IMG/VR virus record: IMGVR_UViG_3300037424_000299
Coordinates: 1-46,198 of that record
Direction: 5' to 3' (one strand)
DNA: 46,198 nt
DNA from: a virus
Taxonomy: Duplodnaviria; Caudoviricetes
Both the position numbers and the translations under genes were made by a program. Shown here one piece after another: positions 1 to 7,214 of this stretch. The notes beneath the pieces are model-generated. The model did no database searches, was not told the DNA's origin, and saw only the letters and a program-made list of their open reading frames with translations. Within the stretch, counting starts at the first letter, position 1; every line of letters begins with the position of its first letter.

Positions 1-125
1 TGAACTCCAACCACAAACCGGGTGGCATAATCACCCGCCATGTCCTTGAGTCCGTTTACAAGGTCGCCGTAGAACTGCGTCCAGTCAGCGCCGCTTGAGC
101 GAAACCGCTGGAGGTAGTCGATAAA
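1..125. repeat. Terminal direct repeat (copy 1), circular-assembly overlap
   Basis: Bases 1-125 are identical to 46074-46198. Confidence 0.97.
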
Positions 126-716
126 GACGCTATCGATCTCTGTCTTTACGTCGTCACCCTGCCACGTTTCGATTGATTCCAGTGCGCTATATAAGGCTTC
201 CTCGGTCAGTTTGATCTTGTCTTTCCTGCGGCGAAGAGACTTACCGGCAAACCATAGCGGGGTAGTATGCAGTCCAATCAGCGACTTGCCGATCCTGTCC
301 CACTGATCCTCGTTCATCTTGGCGTTTGCCATGTCTGTAGCTGATATTTTCTCCTCCGCCGCAACATGGAACAGGCGCAACTCTTCGATAAGCTGCTCCA
401 TGGTCCAGTACAAGACCACGCCTGTCTTTTTGCCTTCGGCGGATAACTTCTTTAGTTGCCTCGCCCGTTCGCGCGCCCAGCGGAGCATGAAGCCAGTCTT
501 ACCGTTTCCAGGCCTGCCGAGTACAGTGATGATCTCGCCACGTTTGACAGGGAGAAAACCTTTGCGGTCCTTCGGGCTATACTCCATACGAGGGATGTAA
601 ATCGGCATCCCGTCCCCGTCGTTAGCTTTCAGCTCCTCGATGTATTTCTCGGTCGCGTTACTGGCTTCCAGCGGGGTGAAGATAAGGCGGGAGTAGTCGG
701 TTTTTGGCTGGGTCAT
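1..716 (-). CDS. dnaB: DnaB-like replicative helicase, N-terminal part (continues across the join to 45773; ~338 aa total)
   Basis: Not in the ORF track. ATG at 716 overlaps the upstream stop (ATGA). Translates MTQPKTDYSRLIF...GEIITVLGRPGNGKT (Walker A)...LYWTMEQ...VFIDYLQ (Walker B). Confidence 0.9.
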   Translation of the reverse strand, partial: MTQPKTDYSRLIFTPLEASNATEKYIEELKANDGDGMPIYIPRMEYSPKDRKGFLPVKRGEIITVLGRPGNGKTGFMLRWARERARQLKKLSAEGKKTGVVLYWTMEQLIEELRLFHVAAEEKISATDMANAKMNEDQWDRIGKSLIGLHTTPLWFAGKSLRRRKDKIKLTEEALYSALESIETWQGDDVKTEIDSVFIDYLQRFRSSGADWTQFYGDLVNGLKDMAGDYATRFVVGV

Positions 717-1390
717 ATCGCGCGCTCCAGGGTCGGTATGGTGCGTTCTGGAACCTCTTTACGGGTTCTATATGATTGGCGCGTTTCATTATTCTTTTTG
801 TTTTTATCCACCCCATACCCGTCTGACCCCCAGCGCGTGAGTACGGCCTTGGCGTAAGCCCAATTTCGCTTTCCGTTTGAACTGGCAACCTTCAAGGCAT
901 CGCAAACCCACTTTGCCCCGTGTATCCTTTCGGCATCCACAAGCTCATCCGCCAAGTGGGGTGTAATTGGTCCAATTTCATTCTCGTAAACCGCAAATAC
1001 ATTTTGCGCTTCATCCGGTACGTTACTTGGGCCGTTAACGTCAACCCCAGATGTTGACGCCCCGTCAACATCTGGGGTTGACGGGGTACTGTCATCTATG
1101 TTGACGGGGGTATCGAACCTGAGGCGGTAAAGACTAGACCTGCGAGCCCCGTTCTTGTCATATCGGGCTGTAACCTCCAGGTACCCAAGTTTACGAAGGG
1201 CAATAGTGTCCCTCCCAACCGCCTGCTTACTTTTTCCAAGATCATTCCCCAGCGTTGACAACATTGGGAAACACCAACCATTTTCGTCGGCGTACATGCC
1301 CAGCGCCGCCAAGGTTCTGAGTTGCGCGTCGCTTACCCGTTTATCTTTCACGGCGCGGGCTTGCAGGATAGAAAATCTAGAATTGCTCAT
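713..1390 (-). CDS. Replication initiator: N-terminal HTH plus C-terminal DnaD-like domain
   Basis: RBS GGGAGG before ATG 1390. HTH ...ADENGWCFPMLSTLGNDLGKSKQAV; DnaD-like VFAVYENEIGPITPHLADEL...WAYAKAVLTRW; lies upstream of dnaB. Confidence 0.85.
   Translation of the reverse strand: MSNSRFSILQARAVKDKRVSDAQLRTLAALGMYADENGWCFPMLSTLGNDLGKSKQAVGRDTIALRKLGYLEVTARYDKNGARRSSLYRLRFDTPVNIDDSTPSTPDVDGASTSGVDVNGPSNVPDEAQNVFAVYENEIGPITPHLADELVDAERIHGAKWVCDALKVASSNGKRNWAYAKAVLTRWGSDGYGVDKNKKNNETRQSYRTRKEVPERTIPTLERAI
1039..1106. repeat. Candidate replication origin: 21-bp perfect inverted repeat with GTTGACG iterons inside the initiator gene
   Basis: CGTCAACCCCAGATGTTGACG (1039-1059) CCC CGTCAACATCTGGGGTTGACG (1063-1083); a further GTTGACG at 1100-1106. 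Confidence 0.6.
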
Positions 1391-1733
1391 TTCGTAAATC
1401 CTCCCTCTCAAACCAAAATCTGCGGTCAGTGGCGTGTGAAGAGAAAAAAAGATCCCTAAAGCTATCAAGCGCCTTGCCACCCTTGATTGTGTTGCAATAA
1501 CCACAAGCCGGAACCATGTTGTCTACATCGTTACCGCCTCCCAAGATCCGAGGAACAACATGATCGACACAAAACGCGTTCCTATCCTGACCGTATGGGT
1601 GTGTCTGTTTTCCACAGTACCAACACTTCCCGCCTGTCTTGTCCCAAACAAAACGCTTTACATGCGACTTCGGACTTTTGTATACATCGGGGTCAAAGTT
1701 GTTGTCGATGTATTCGCTGTAATCAATGTCCAT
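1377..1733 (-). CDS. HNH endonuclease
   Basis: CWYCG...VDHVVPRILGGGNDVDNMVPACGYCNTIKG, a classic HNH motif. Confidence 0.9.
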   Translation of the reverse strand: MDIDYSEYIDNNFDPDVYKSPKSHVKRFVWDKTGGKCWYCGKQTHPYGQDRNAFCVDHVVPRILGGGNDVDNMVPACGYCNTIKGGKALDSFRDLFFSSHATDRRFWFEREDLRNEQF

Positions 1734-1748
1734 GTCAACCGATCCTTT
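1731..1748 (-). repeat. Start-associated 18-bp repeat AAAGGATCGGTTGACATG, copy 1
   Basis: Exact copies at 1731, 6438 and 6790, each ending in the ATG of a gene. Confidence 0.9.
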
Positions 1749-1802
1749 GCCGGGTCACCGGCAGTTAAACAGAAATAGCCGCGCGATAGCGGCTTTAATA
1801 GT

Positions 1803-1940
1803 TGTTCCCCGGCTGGAGTGACGTGGAGCAGCGACGCAACACGGCACGGCCGGGGAACAGAACAGAATTCTAACAGATTTTCGGAGATTTAAAACAAACT
1901 CGTCACTCATTGCGTGCCTCTTATTTGTGTTGCGTCGCTG
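1803..1940 (-). promoter_or_regulatory. Structured leader/attenuator of the replication operon
   Basis: Complementary pairs 1829-1842/1927-1940 (14 bp), 1803-1813/1849-1859 (11 bp), 1816-1823/1901-1908 and 1843-1848/1913-1918. Confidence 0.55.
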
Positions 1941-1945
1941 AGACA

Positions 1946-1973
1946 ATATTACCACAAACCAGCCACATGTCAA
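1946..1973 (-). promoter_or_regulatory. Sigma70-type promoter for the replication operon
   Basis: TTGACA-16 bp-TAATAT with a TGn extension. Confidence 0.65.
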
Positions 1974-1999
1974 ACGTTCCGCACGTCAACCGCGCCGCG

Positions 2000-2194
2000 T
2001 CAGCCGCGCGCAGTAAGCAGACACAAGATTTTTCGCGTCCTCGGCACCTGCGTCACCATCTTGTCAACCTGATAGCGCACGCTTACGATCTCGCCCGCCT
2101 CGTTCCGGTTGATGAAGGTGTAAAGCTTTTCGCGGTGTCCGTCCTTCCCGCGTCCCGTGAATGTTCGTACTTCTGTTGTGAGTTTGTTCATCAT
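2000..2194 (-). CDS. Hypothetical protein
   Basis: ORF track; RBS and ATGA-type overlap with the upstream gene. Confidence 0.6.
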   Translation of the reverse strand: MMNKLTTEVRTFTGRGKDGHREKLYTFINRNEAGEIVSVRYQVDKMVTQVPRTRKILCLLTARG

Positions 2195-2412
2195 TCATCC
2201 TTTCGCGTCACCCGCTCGCTGGGAGAGGGGGCGAAGAGTGGCAGGACGTTGGCGCGCTGACGTAGTTCTGCTAGCTGCTTGACGGCTTCATCCCGCCCGC
2301 ATGAACAATGCCGATCACCGCTGTAGATGTGCCACGCACAAAACGCGGCGTGGTGCTCTAACATACGGTCAAGTGCTGATAGTTTCGGTTTATATTGTCG
2401 TTTTTTGCTCAT
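2191..2412 (-). CDS. Hypothetical protein (small Cys/His cluster)
   Basis: Start reassigned to MSKKRQ at 2412 after AGGAGAG. Confidence 0.6.
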   Translation of the reverse strand: MSKKRQYKPKLSALDRMLEHHAAFCAWHIYSGDRHCSCGRDEAVKQLAELRQRANVLPLFAPSPSERVTRKDE

Positions 2413-2419
2413 TGCTCTC

Positions 2420-2674
2420 CTAAAACGGAAACTCGTCCACGACATCCCCGCCTGCGGTGTACAGCGGCGCGGCTGTCTGCACCGCATCCCAGGCGTCTTG
2501 TAGGGCTTCGTGCGGTGTGTCGCCGGTGGCTATCACGTATTCACCGTCCTCAAGTTCGCATTGCCACACACAAGCTACGACAAGGTATTTCAGGACTGGT
2601 TCGCGCAGTCTCAACGCTTCCAGCAGTTCGTCAGTGCTCAGCGCGGCGATCTTGGCGCGGGCGGCGGGGGTCAT
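2420..2674 (-). CDS. Hypothetical protein
   Basis: ORF track; overlaps the upstream stop. Confidence 0.6.
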   Translation of the reverse strand: MTPAARAKIAALSTDELLEALRLREPVLKYLVVACVWQCELEDGEYVIATGDTPHEALQDAWDAVQTAAPLYTAGGDVVDEFPF

Positions 2675-2865
2675 TCGAGTTCCTCGGTATCCTGTCCTTC
2701 GCTTGCCTGAAAAACATCAAACTCCTGAAGCGCCTTGATGGTTGCATCAATTTCGGCTTGCGAGTTCAGCGCTAGTGAAGCCCATGAACTCCCATTGTGA
2801 GTAATTCGTAGCCACGCCTTATCTGGGAAGTGGTCGTCCTTCTTTACTTCAACTTTGAACATCAT
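2671..2865 (-). CDS. Hypothetical protein
   Basis: ORF track, operon packing. Confidence 0.6.
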   Translation of the reverse strand: MMFKVEVKKDDHFPDKAWLRITHNGSSWASLALNSQAEIDATIKALQEFDVFQASEGQDTEELE

Positions 2866-2873
2866 TCGCTCGC

Positions 2874-2893
2874 TTTCTGCTGGCTTCCCCTAT
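2874..2893 (-). repeat. Intergenic repeat ATAGGGG(A/G)AGCCAGCAGAAA, copy 1
   Basis: 19/20 identical to 3149-3168; partial copy at 6837-6848. Confidence 0.8.
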
Positions 2894-2902
2894 CGGTGGG
2901 GG

Positions 2903-3136
2903 TCATTTAGCCGCCTTGAGTGCCCGCGTTGCAGTGGCGACTTCCTTATAAAACTCGACAGGCGTAATCAGTTCAGCGCCTTTGTCCCAAACCACCGCAA
3001 AGGCATCTGAAATTGACTGACTCGGAATCTCTTCCATGCACATCTCCAAATGCGCGCAAGTCATAGCTAGCAAACCTACATAGCTTTTGTCTGCTTGCTC
3101 CTCGTTTCGTGCTTCTGTTCGCGGATCAAAGTTCAT
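2903..3136 (-). CDS. Hypothetical protein
   Basis: ORF track; RBS GAGG. Confidence 0.6.
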   Translation of the reverse strand: MNFDPRTEARNEEQADKSYVGLLAMTCAHLEMCMEEIPSQSISDAFAVVWDKGAELITPVEFYKEVATATRALKAAK

Positions 3137-3148
3137 CTCACATCCTCG

Positions 3149-3168
3149 TTTCTGCTGGCTCCCCCTAT
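3149..3168 (-). repeat. Intergenic repeat, copy 2
   Basis: See 2874-2893. Confidence 0.8.
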
Positions 3169-3182
3169 GCCAGCGGAGGGGG

Positions 3183-3419
3183 TTAGGCGTCCAGTTCGTC
3201 GCCGCGTTTGATTAAAATCAGGCGTACATCAACAACTTTGTGAGTCTTGTCATTCCCGCCCTCGTCGGCATCTACGAAAGATTTTTGAAGCGCAACCTTC
3301 CTTGCCTTCAATAGCGCGCTTTCGTAATCCTTTGCCGCGACAGTGTACGACTCATTGCCTTCTGAGAAATAATCGTCTGTGTCCCATTTCTCTTCAAATT
3401 CAATCTTCCAAACGTACAT
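3183..3419 (-). CDS. Hypothetical protein
   Basis: Start reassigned to MYVWKIEF. Confidence 0.6.
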   Translation of the reverse strand: MYVWKIEFEEKWDTDDYFSEGNESYTVAAKDYESALLKARKVALQKSFVDADEGGNDKTHKVVDVRLILIKRGDELDA

Positions 3420-3501
3420 TTTTTGTCTTCGCTTTCTCGCCCTAGCCGGGCGCGCCCCGGTTACCACTTCGCAGCAGCCGGGATGCCGCGTGACGGTTGA
3501 C

Positions 3502-4098
3502 TTACGCTAACAATTCCCGAATAGCTCTGACATGGACGGCGATCTGTGCTGCTTTGCCGTTCGCGTACTGCGACGCGTAGGTTTCCAGCAGGTCCAGCCA
3601 GCCAACGGCCCGCTGAAACATGTCGGGCGGTTCGGGCGGGTCAAAGTGCCGCTTCATATCGTCGGCTGTCCATTCTTGTTCGATAGCTTTTGCGAGTGCG
3701 TAGACCGGGACAGAAACCTTTTTGTGCAGATACAGGGATCTAGCCACGCGGAAGTGATCGAAGGACAGTCTCTCTTGCATCAGTTCCAACCCAGCAACGT
3801 CACGGAATTCTTTTTCAACACTCGCCCACACTCGCACAGTTTCGCCAGTCTCGGTGACAAGCGGGAACCTTACCGCCTCGTTGATGAGCCGTGAGCACTC
3901 AACAAAGAACATTTCGCGACTCACCTCGGCCTGTACGTCCTCCGGTAGACTATCCCAGATGTCGTTGACGGTCCACCCAAACCGCCACTCTCGGCGGTCT
4001 TTCGCGTGCCCCAGCGCGGCAAGGCGGGAAGCCTGCCGCCGCAGGTCGGCAACGGCGGCAGGGGGTATGAAGGGGTGTTTTACTGTACTGGCGTCCAT
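3502..4098 (-). CDS. Hypothetical protein (198 aa)
   Basis: Long ORF coupled to the ssb stop (TAATG). Confidence 0.75.
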   Translation of the reverse strand: MDASTVKHPFIPPAAVADLRRQASRLAALGHAKDRREWRFGWTVNDIWDSLPEDVQAEVSREMFFVECSRLINEAVRFPLVTETGETVRVWASVEKEFRDVAGLELMQERLSFDHFRVARSLYLHKKVSVPVYALAKAIEQEWTADDMKRHFDPPEPPDMFQRAVGWLDLLETYASQYANGKAAQIAVHVRAIRELLA

Positions 4099-4499
4099 TA
4101 AAATGGCATGTCGTCGCCGTCGCCAACGTCTGGTCCGGCGGGTTCAAAGGTCTTTTCGTTGGTGCTCAAGAACCGGACGGTATTGGCGTTCACGTCAAAC
4201 GTCGCGCCCGCCTTGCCGTCTTTCTCCCACACGCGCGGCCCGCCAGTGTTCTTGTCTGGGGTAAGACGCCCTTCAACCAGTACCCGCGATCCCTTCTTGA
4301 TGTACTGGTTACAAATCTCCGCCTGCTTGCCCCAGGTCGAAACACGAAACCAGATAGTCTCCTTGACCTGTTCGCCGCTGCCAGTCGTGTACGATCTGTT
4401 TGTAGCCACTGAGAAAGACGTTACTGCCTGTCCCGATGGGGTGTAGCGCATTTCTGGATCTTTCCCGACGTTGCCCACGATAATCAACTGGTGAAACAT
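4098..4499 (-). CDS. ssb: Single-stranded DNA-binding protein
   Basis: IIVGNVGKDPEMRYTPSGQAVTSFSVATN...KKGSRVLVEGRL; acidic tail DDMPF. Confidence 0.97.
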   Translation of the reverse strand: MFHQLIIVGNVGKDPEMRYTPSGQAVTSFSVATNRSYTTGSGEQVKETIWFRVSTWGKQAEICNQYIKKGSRVLVEGRLTPDKNTGGPRVWEKDGKAGATFDVNANTVRFLSTNEKTFEPAGPDVGDGDDMPF

Positions 4500-5170
4500 T
4501 ATTTGCCTCCATTCTTTGCTGTCTTATATGCGTCGTTTGCAATCTGCGCGGCTTGGATAACTTCTTTGCCTTCATCGCGGGCGGCGCGGTAGTGTTTCGC
4601 CCATGAAGTGACAACGGTCACACCGGCGTTATCTTTCAGAATGGAGTGATCAAGCATAGCCTTCGCCTCGTTGACGTGATCTGCTAATTTCGCGTCCACA
4701 ATGGCTTGTTTCTGTTGTAGGGTCCAAACGCGCTTGTCGGGCTGCTCCTCTGCCTTTTCTTCCTTCTTACCATTGCCAGAATGACCATCTATGTCCTCAT
4801 CGGCATACAGTCCCAACATGGAAGCCCACGAATAGCGTCGCAGGTACGAGATAACCACTCCCGCCGACTGTGCTACAGACAAACCCTTTGACTCGGAGGT
4901 AGGAATGTAAATGGTATCTTCAATCCACTCCCCGCCAGAGTGCATCAGGATCGAAGTAACCCCTATTCTGTCGTCTTCACTTGTGGGAAACTGCGAAACA
5001 CTCAGCCCGTACTTTGCAAGCACAGGACGAGATGCTTCAATTACCGCACCCAGGTCCGCGTATTTGCTTTTCAGGAACGGGTTTTGAGAGTTCATCCTGA
5101 CAACCGGCATTTCAGCCTGTGCCTTAGCTAACGCCTCGGCTAACTTAGTTACACTTACTGACTTGTTCAT
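4499..5170 (-). CDS. erf: ERF-family single-strand annealing recombinase
   Basis: NPFLKSKYADL...QSAGVVISYLRRYSWASMLGLYADEDIDG is the ERF signature; RBS AAGGAG before ATG 5170. Confidence 0.92.
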   Translation of the reverse strand: MNKSVSVTKLAEALAKAQAEMPVVRMNSQNPFLKSKYADLGAVIEASRPVLAKYGLSVSQFPTSEDDRIGVTSILMHSGGEWIEDTIYIPTSESKGLSVAQSAGVVISYLRRYSWASMLGLYADEDIDGHSGNGKKEEKAEEQPDKRVWTLQQKQAIVDAKLADHVNEAKAMLDHSILKDNAGVTVVTSWAKHYRAARDEGKEVIQAAQIANDAYKTAKNGGK

Positions 5171-5230
5171 GTTTCTCCTTTTCAAACTTGTGTATAGGTT
5201 TCTTGTACGTCCCACGCGGGACGGTAATCA

Positions 5231-5431
5231 CTACGGCAAACTACCAATAATTGAATCGTCCAGCCCGTCGTCAAAGTTGATTTTGATTTCCATAACCCTT
5301 GCAACTACAACGCGCTCAATTCCAAAATCACGTATGTCTATAGCCGCTGCGGTTTTTAGGCTTTCCAGTGTGTCGAACTCTCCGCGTACATACATGGACT
5401 TTTCATCTCGCAGCAATAACAGGTATTTCAC
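5231..5431 (-). CDS. Hypothetical protein
   Basis: GTGA overlap with the upstream gene. Confidence 0.55.
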   Translation of the reverse strand: MKYLLLLRDEKSMYVRGEFDTLESLKTAAAIDIRDFGIERVVVARVMEIKINFDDGLDDSIIGSLP

Positions 5432-5886
5432 ATCACACCTCCAGATCCGAATCCAGCCTCGTCCAACTGGTGCGCCAATGATGTATCGCTTCCATCTGTC
5501 AGCAACTCCGCCGCAGACGTTGGCAGGGCGCTGGCAATCTGGTCAAGGTGTGCTTCTTTGGCGGCTTCGATCTGCGCCACGAATACTTCCCGCCGCCTTG
5601 CGAGCATCGCTTCGGGGTATTCTCCCAGCAGGGGGCAGGCACGCAGGCACGTTTGCCGCTTGTCGAGGTCGATGGTGGCGTCCGCTACATTCATGGCTTC
5701 TCGCAGTTTCGCAATACGCTTGTCGATCTTGCGCCATCCCGCGCCTTCGGGCGGAGCGAATTTCACAGCGAGATCGCCGTATCCTCTGGAAGCAGCATCC
5801 CGGCAAATCGTTAGCCAGTCATTCACGGCTTCAAGATTTTGGTAATAATTGGTGGCTTTTATCAAGCCTCTAGGCATTCCACTCAT
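5428..5886 (-). CDS. Hypothetical protein
   Basis: ORF track, operon packing. Confidence 0.65.
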   Translation of the reverse strand: MSGMPRGLIKATNYYQNLEAVNDWLTICRDAASRGYGDLAVKFAPPEGAGWRKIDKRIAKLREAMNVADATIDLDKRQTCLRACPLLGEYPEAMLARRREVFVAQIEAAKEAHLDQIASALPTSAAELLTDGSDTSLAHQLDEAGFGSGGVM

Positions 5887-6062
5887 TGCTTGCCGCCTTT
5901 CTCTATGCCCACAATAATCTGTAGGCTTGTCATTCGCTCGCGCGCGTCCAGGATGTCAGACGCCAGCGCTTCCCGCTCGGCTTCGGTGGCACGATGCAAT
6001 TGCCCGGCGAGTTTGTTGTAGCGTTCCGTAGCCGTTTTCAAGGCTTTCTCGTGGTCGGTCAT
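5883..6062 (-). CDS. Hypothetical 59-aa protein
   Basis: Read manually: MTDHEKALKTATERYNKL...GGKQ; ATGA overlap with the next gene. Confidence 0.55.
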   Translation of the reverse strand: MTDHEKALKTATERYNKLAGQLHRATEAEREALASDILDARERMTSLQIIVGIEKGGKQ

Positions 6063-6143
6063 GATGCTTCGCCTTTCAGGAGTTCAATGATGTTTGTAGA
6101 TTCGTTCAGGGCGGCGGTCTGCCCGTCGCCGGTCAGGTAGCCG

Positions 6144-6440
6144 TTACCGAGGTTGCGGATTGTCTGCGCGGCGCAAGCCGTGTTCCAGTTCCGTAATGCG
6201 TTCGTTCGTCTCCGAGACTATGATTTCGTAGCCGCGAATAGTTGACTTGTGTTCTTCCACCTGCTTCTCTGATTCCCGGTTCCGCTTCTCCAAGTCACGC
6301 GCGCGGTTTGCGGATTGCTTGAGGTCAGTAACCCACTCTTTTATGCCGCTCTTGCCGCTGTTGTTGATCTTCTGCCATAATCTGTCAAGAATGTGGCTCA
6401 GGCTCTTGTCTGTCTCTTCGTGGGGGTATTTGTTTCCCAT
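6144..6440 (-). CDS. Hypothetical coiled-coil protein
   Basis: Start at the repeat-associated ATG 6440. Confidence 0.65.
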   Translation of the reverse strand: MGNKYPHEETDKSLSHILDRLWQKINNSGKSGIKEWVTDLKQSANRARDLEKRNRESEKQVEEHKSTIRGYEIIVSETNERITELEHGLRRADNPQPR

Positions 6441-6455
6441 GTCAACCGATCCTTT
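6438..6455 (-). repeat. Start-associated 18-bp repeat, copy 2
   Basis: Exact copy. Confidence 0.9.
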
Positions 6456-6477
6456 CAAAGTTTGATATAATTCACGG

Positions 6478-6549
6478 CGTAGCCCCTATGAAACGGGCTA
6501 CCAACCGATTTGCATGGCCCTGCGCTAACAGGGCCATGACTTTTTATTA
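6478..6549 (+). ncRNA. Candidate two-hairpin antisense small RNA
   Basis: Extended -10 TGATATAAT at 6463-6471. Hairpins GTAGCCC/GGGCTAC and CATGGCCCTG/CAGGGCCATG, then a U-run. The linker and loop are complementary to early-gene leaders. Confidence 0.6.
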
Positions 6550-6792
6550 CTACTTCTCGTAAAATTTCAGCGGGGTACCGGCGTACCGAACAGCCTTTAC
6601 AATCTCGGCGCGCCAAATCCGAATGTCACCATCTGGCACGGTGATAAACCTTGCGCCGCCGCATTTCAAACACGCGACGCCGACGATGGGCAAGCAAACA
6701 CAAACGCCGCCACAGTTCATGCAGAGGCGGGTGGATTGCGGCTTGCCGCTATAAACTTTCTTTTTGTCCCAGGGTGCAGTTTTAGTAATCAT
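6550..6792 (-). CDS. Small zinc-ribbon protein (first gene of the leftward early operon)
   Basis: CMNC...CLKC; starts at the repeat-associated ATG. Confidence 0.65.
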   Translation of the reverse strand: MITKTAPWDKKKVYSGKPQSTRLCMNCGGVCVCLPIVGVACLKCGGARFITVPDGDIRIWRAEIVKAVRYAGTPLKFYEK

Positions 6793-6807
6793 GTCAACCG
6801 ATCCTTT
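6790..6807 (-). repeat. Start-associated 18-bp repeat, copy 3
   Basis: Exact copy. Confidence 0.9.
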
Positions 6808-6874
6808 TCGTGTCTCGACGCGCTAACGCCGTTTAGCTGTTGGCTCCCGCCGGGGGAGGGGGTACGATGTGGTA

Positions 6875-6903
6875 ATATTATCAGGTTTCAGCCCGCTTGT
6901 CAA
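6875..6903 (-). promoter_or_regulatory. Leftward early promoter
   Basis: TTGACA-17 bp-TAATAT. Confidence 0.7.
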
Positions 6904-6972
6904 TAGGGTTTACCTATCAAATTTCATTGCAGTTTTGTTGTTTTCAAAACATTGCGGTTTTCGTATCCACTA

Positions 6973-7001
6973 TTGACGCATGTTGGAAAACGTGCTACAC
7001 T
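6973..7001 (+). promoter_or_regulatory. Rightward promoter giving a leaderless mRNA
   Basis: TTGACG-17 bp-TACACT with a TG extension; ATG 7008 lies at the expected +1. Confidence 0.7.
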
Positions 7002-7007
7002 GTTGAC

Positions 7008-7214
7008 ATGACACCTATCACACAGAAAACGATTGACAAATATAAAGCAATGGAGGCGGAGCTGAGAGAGTTCTATCTTCAACGCAACGCCGAAATAGTA
7101 CGTCTCTATGGGGACGGAAATAATGGATGGACCTATAAGGGTTTGGCGGATAAGTATGGTCTGAAACGCCAGAGGATCGCCAGTATTGTAGTAGCCGGGA
7201 GGGGCAAGAAGTGA
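7008..7214 (+). CDS. Small HTH DNA-binding regulator
   Basis: RNAEIVRLY...WTYKGLADKYGLKRQRIASIV HTH pattern; start reassigned to ATG 7008. Confidence 0.75.
   Translation: MTPITQKTIDKYKAMEAELREFYLQRNAEIVRLYGDGNNGWTYKGLADKYGLKRQRIASIVVAGRGKK

Noticed and set aside
3150-3190. GCCTAAC at the stop of ORF 3183 as an attC start
   Set aside because: No matching GTTRRRY end or attC-like palindrome downstream.
3425-3500. GC-rich intergenic stretch as a self-cleaving ribozyme
   Set aside because: Could not fit hammerhead, HDV, twister or pistol consensus by eye.
6820-6846. AGCCAAC...GTTAGCG as a miniature attC
   Set aside because: Far too short for L boxes; better explained as leader repeats and the sRNA target.
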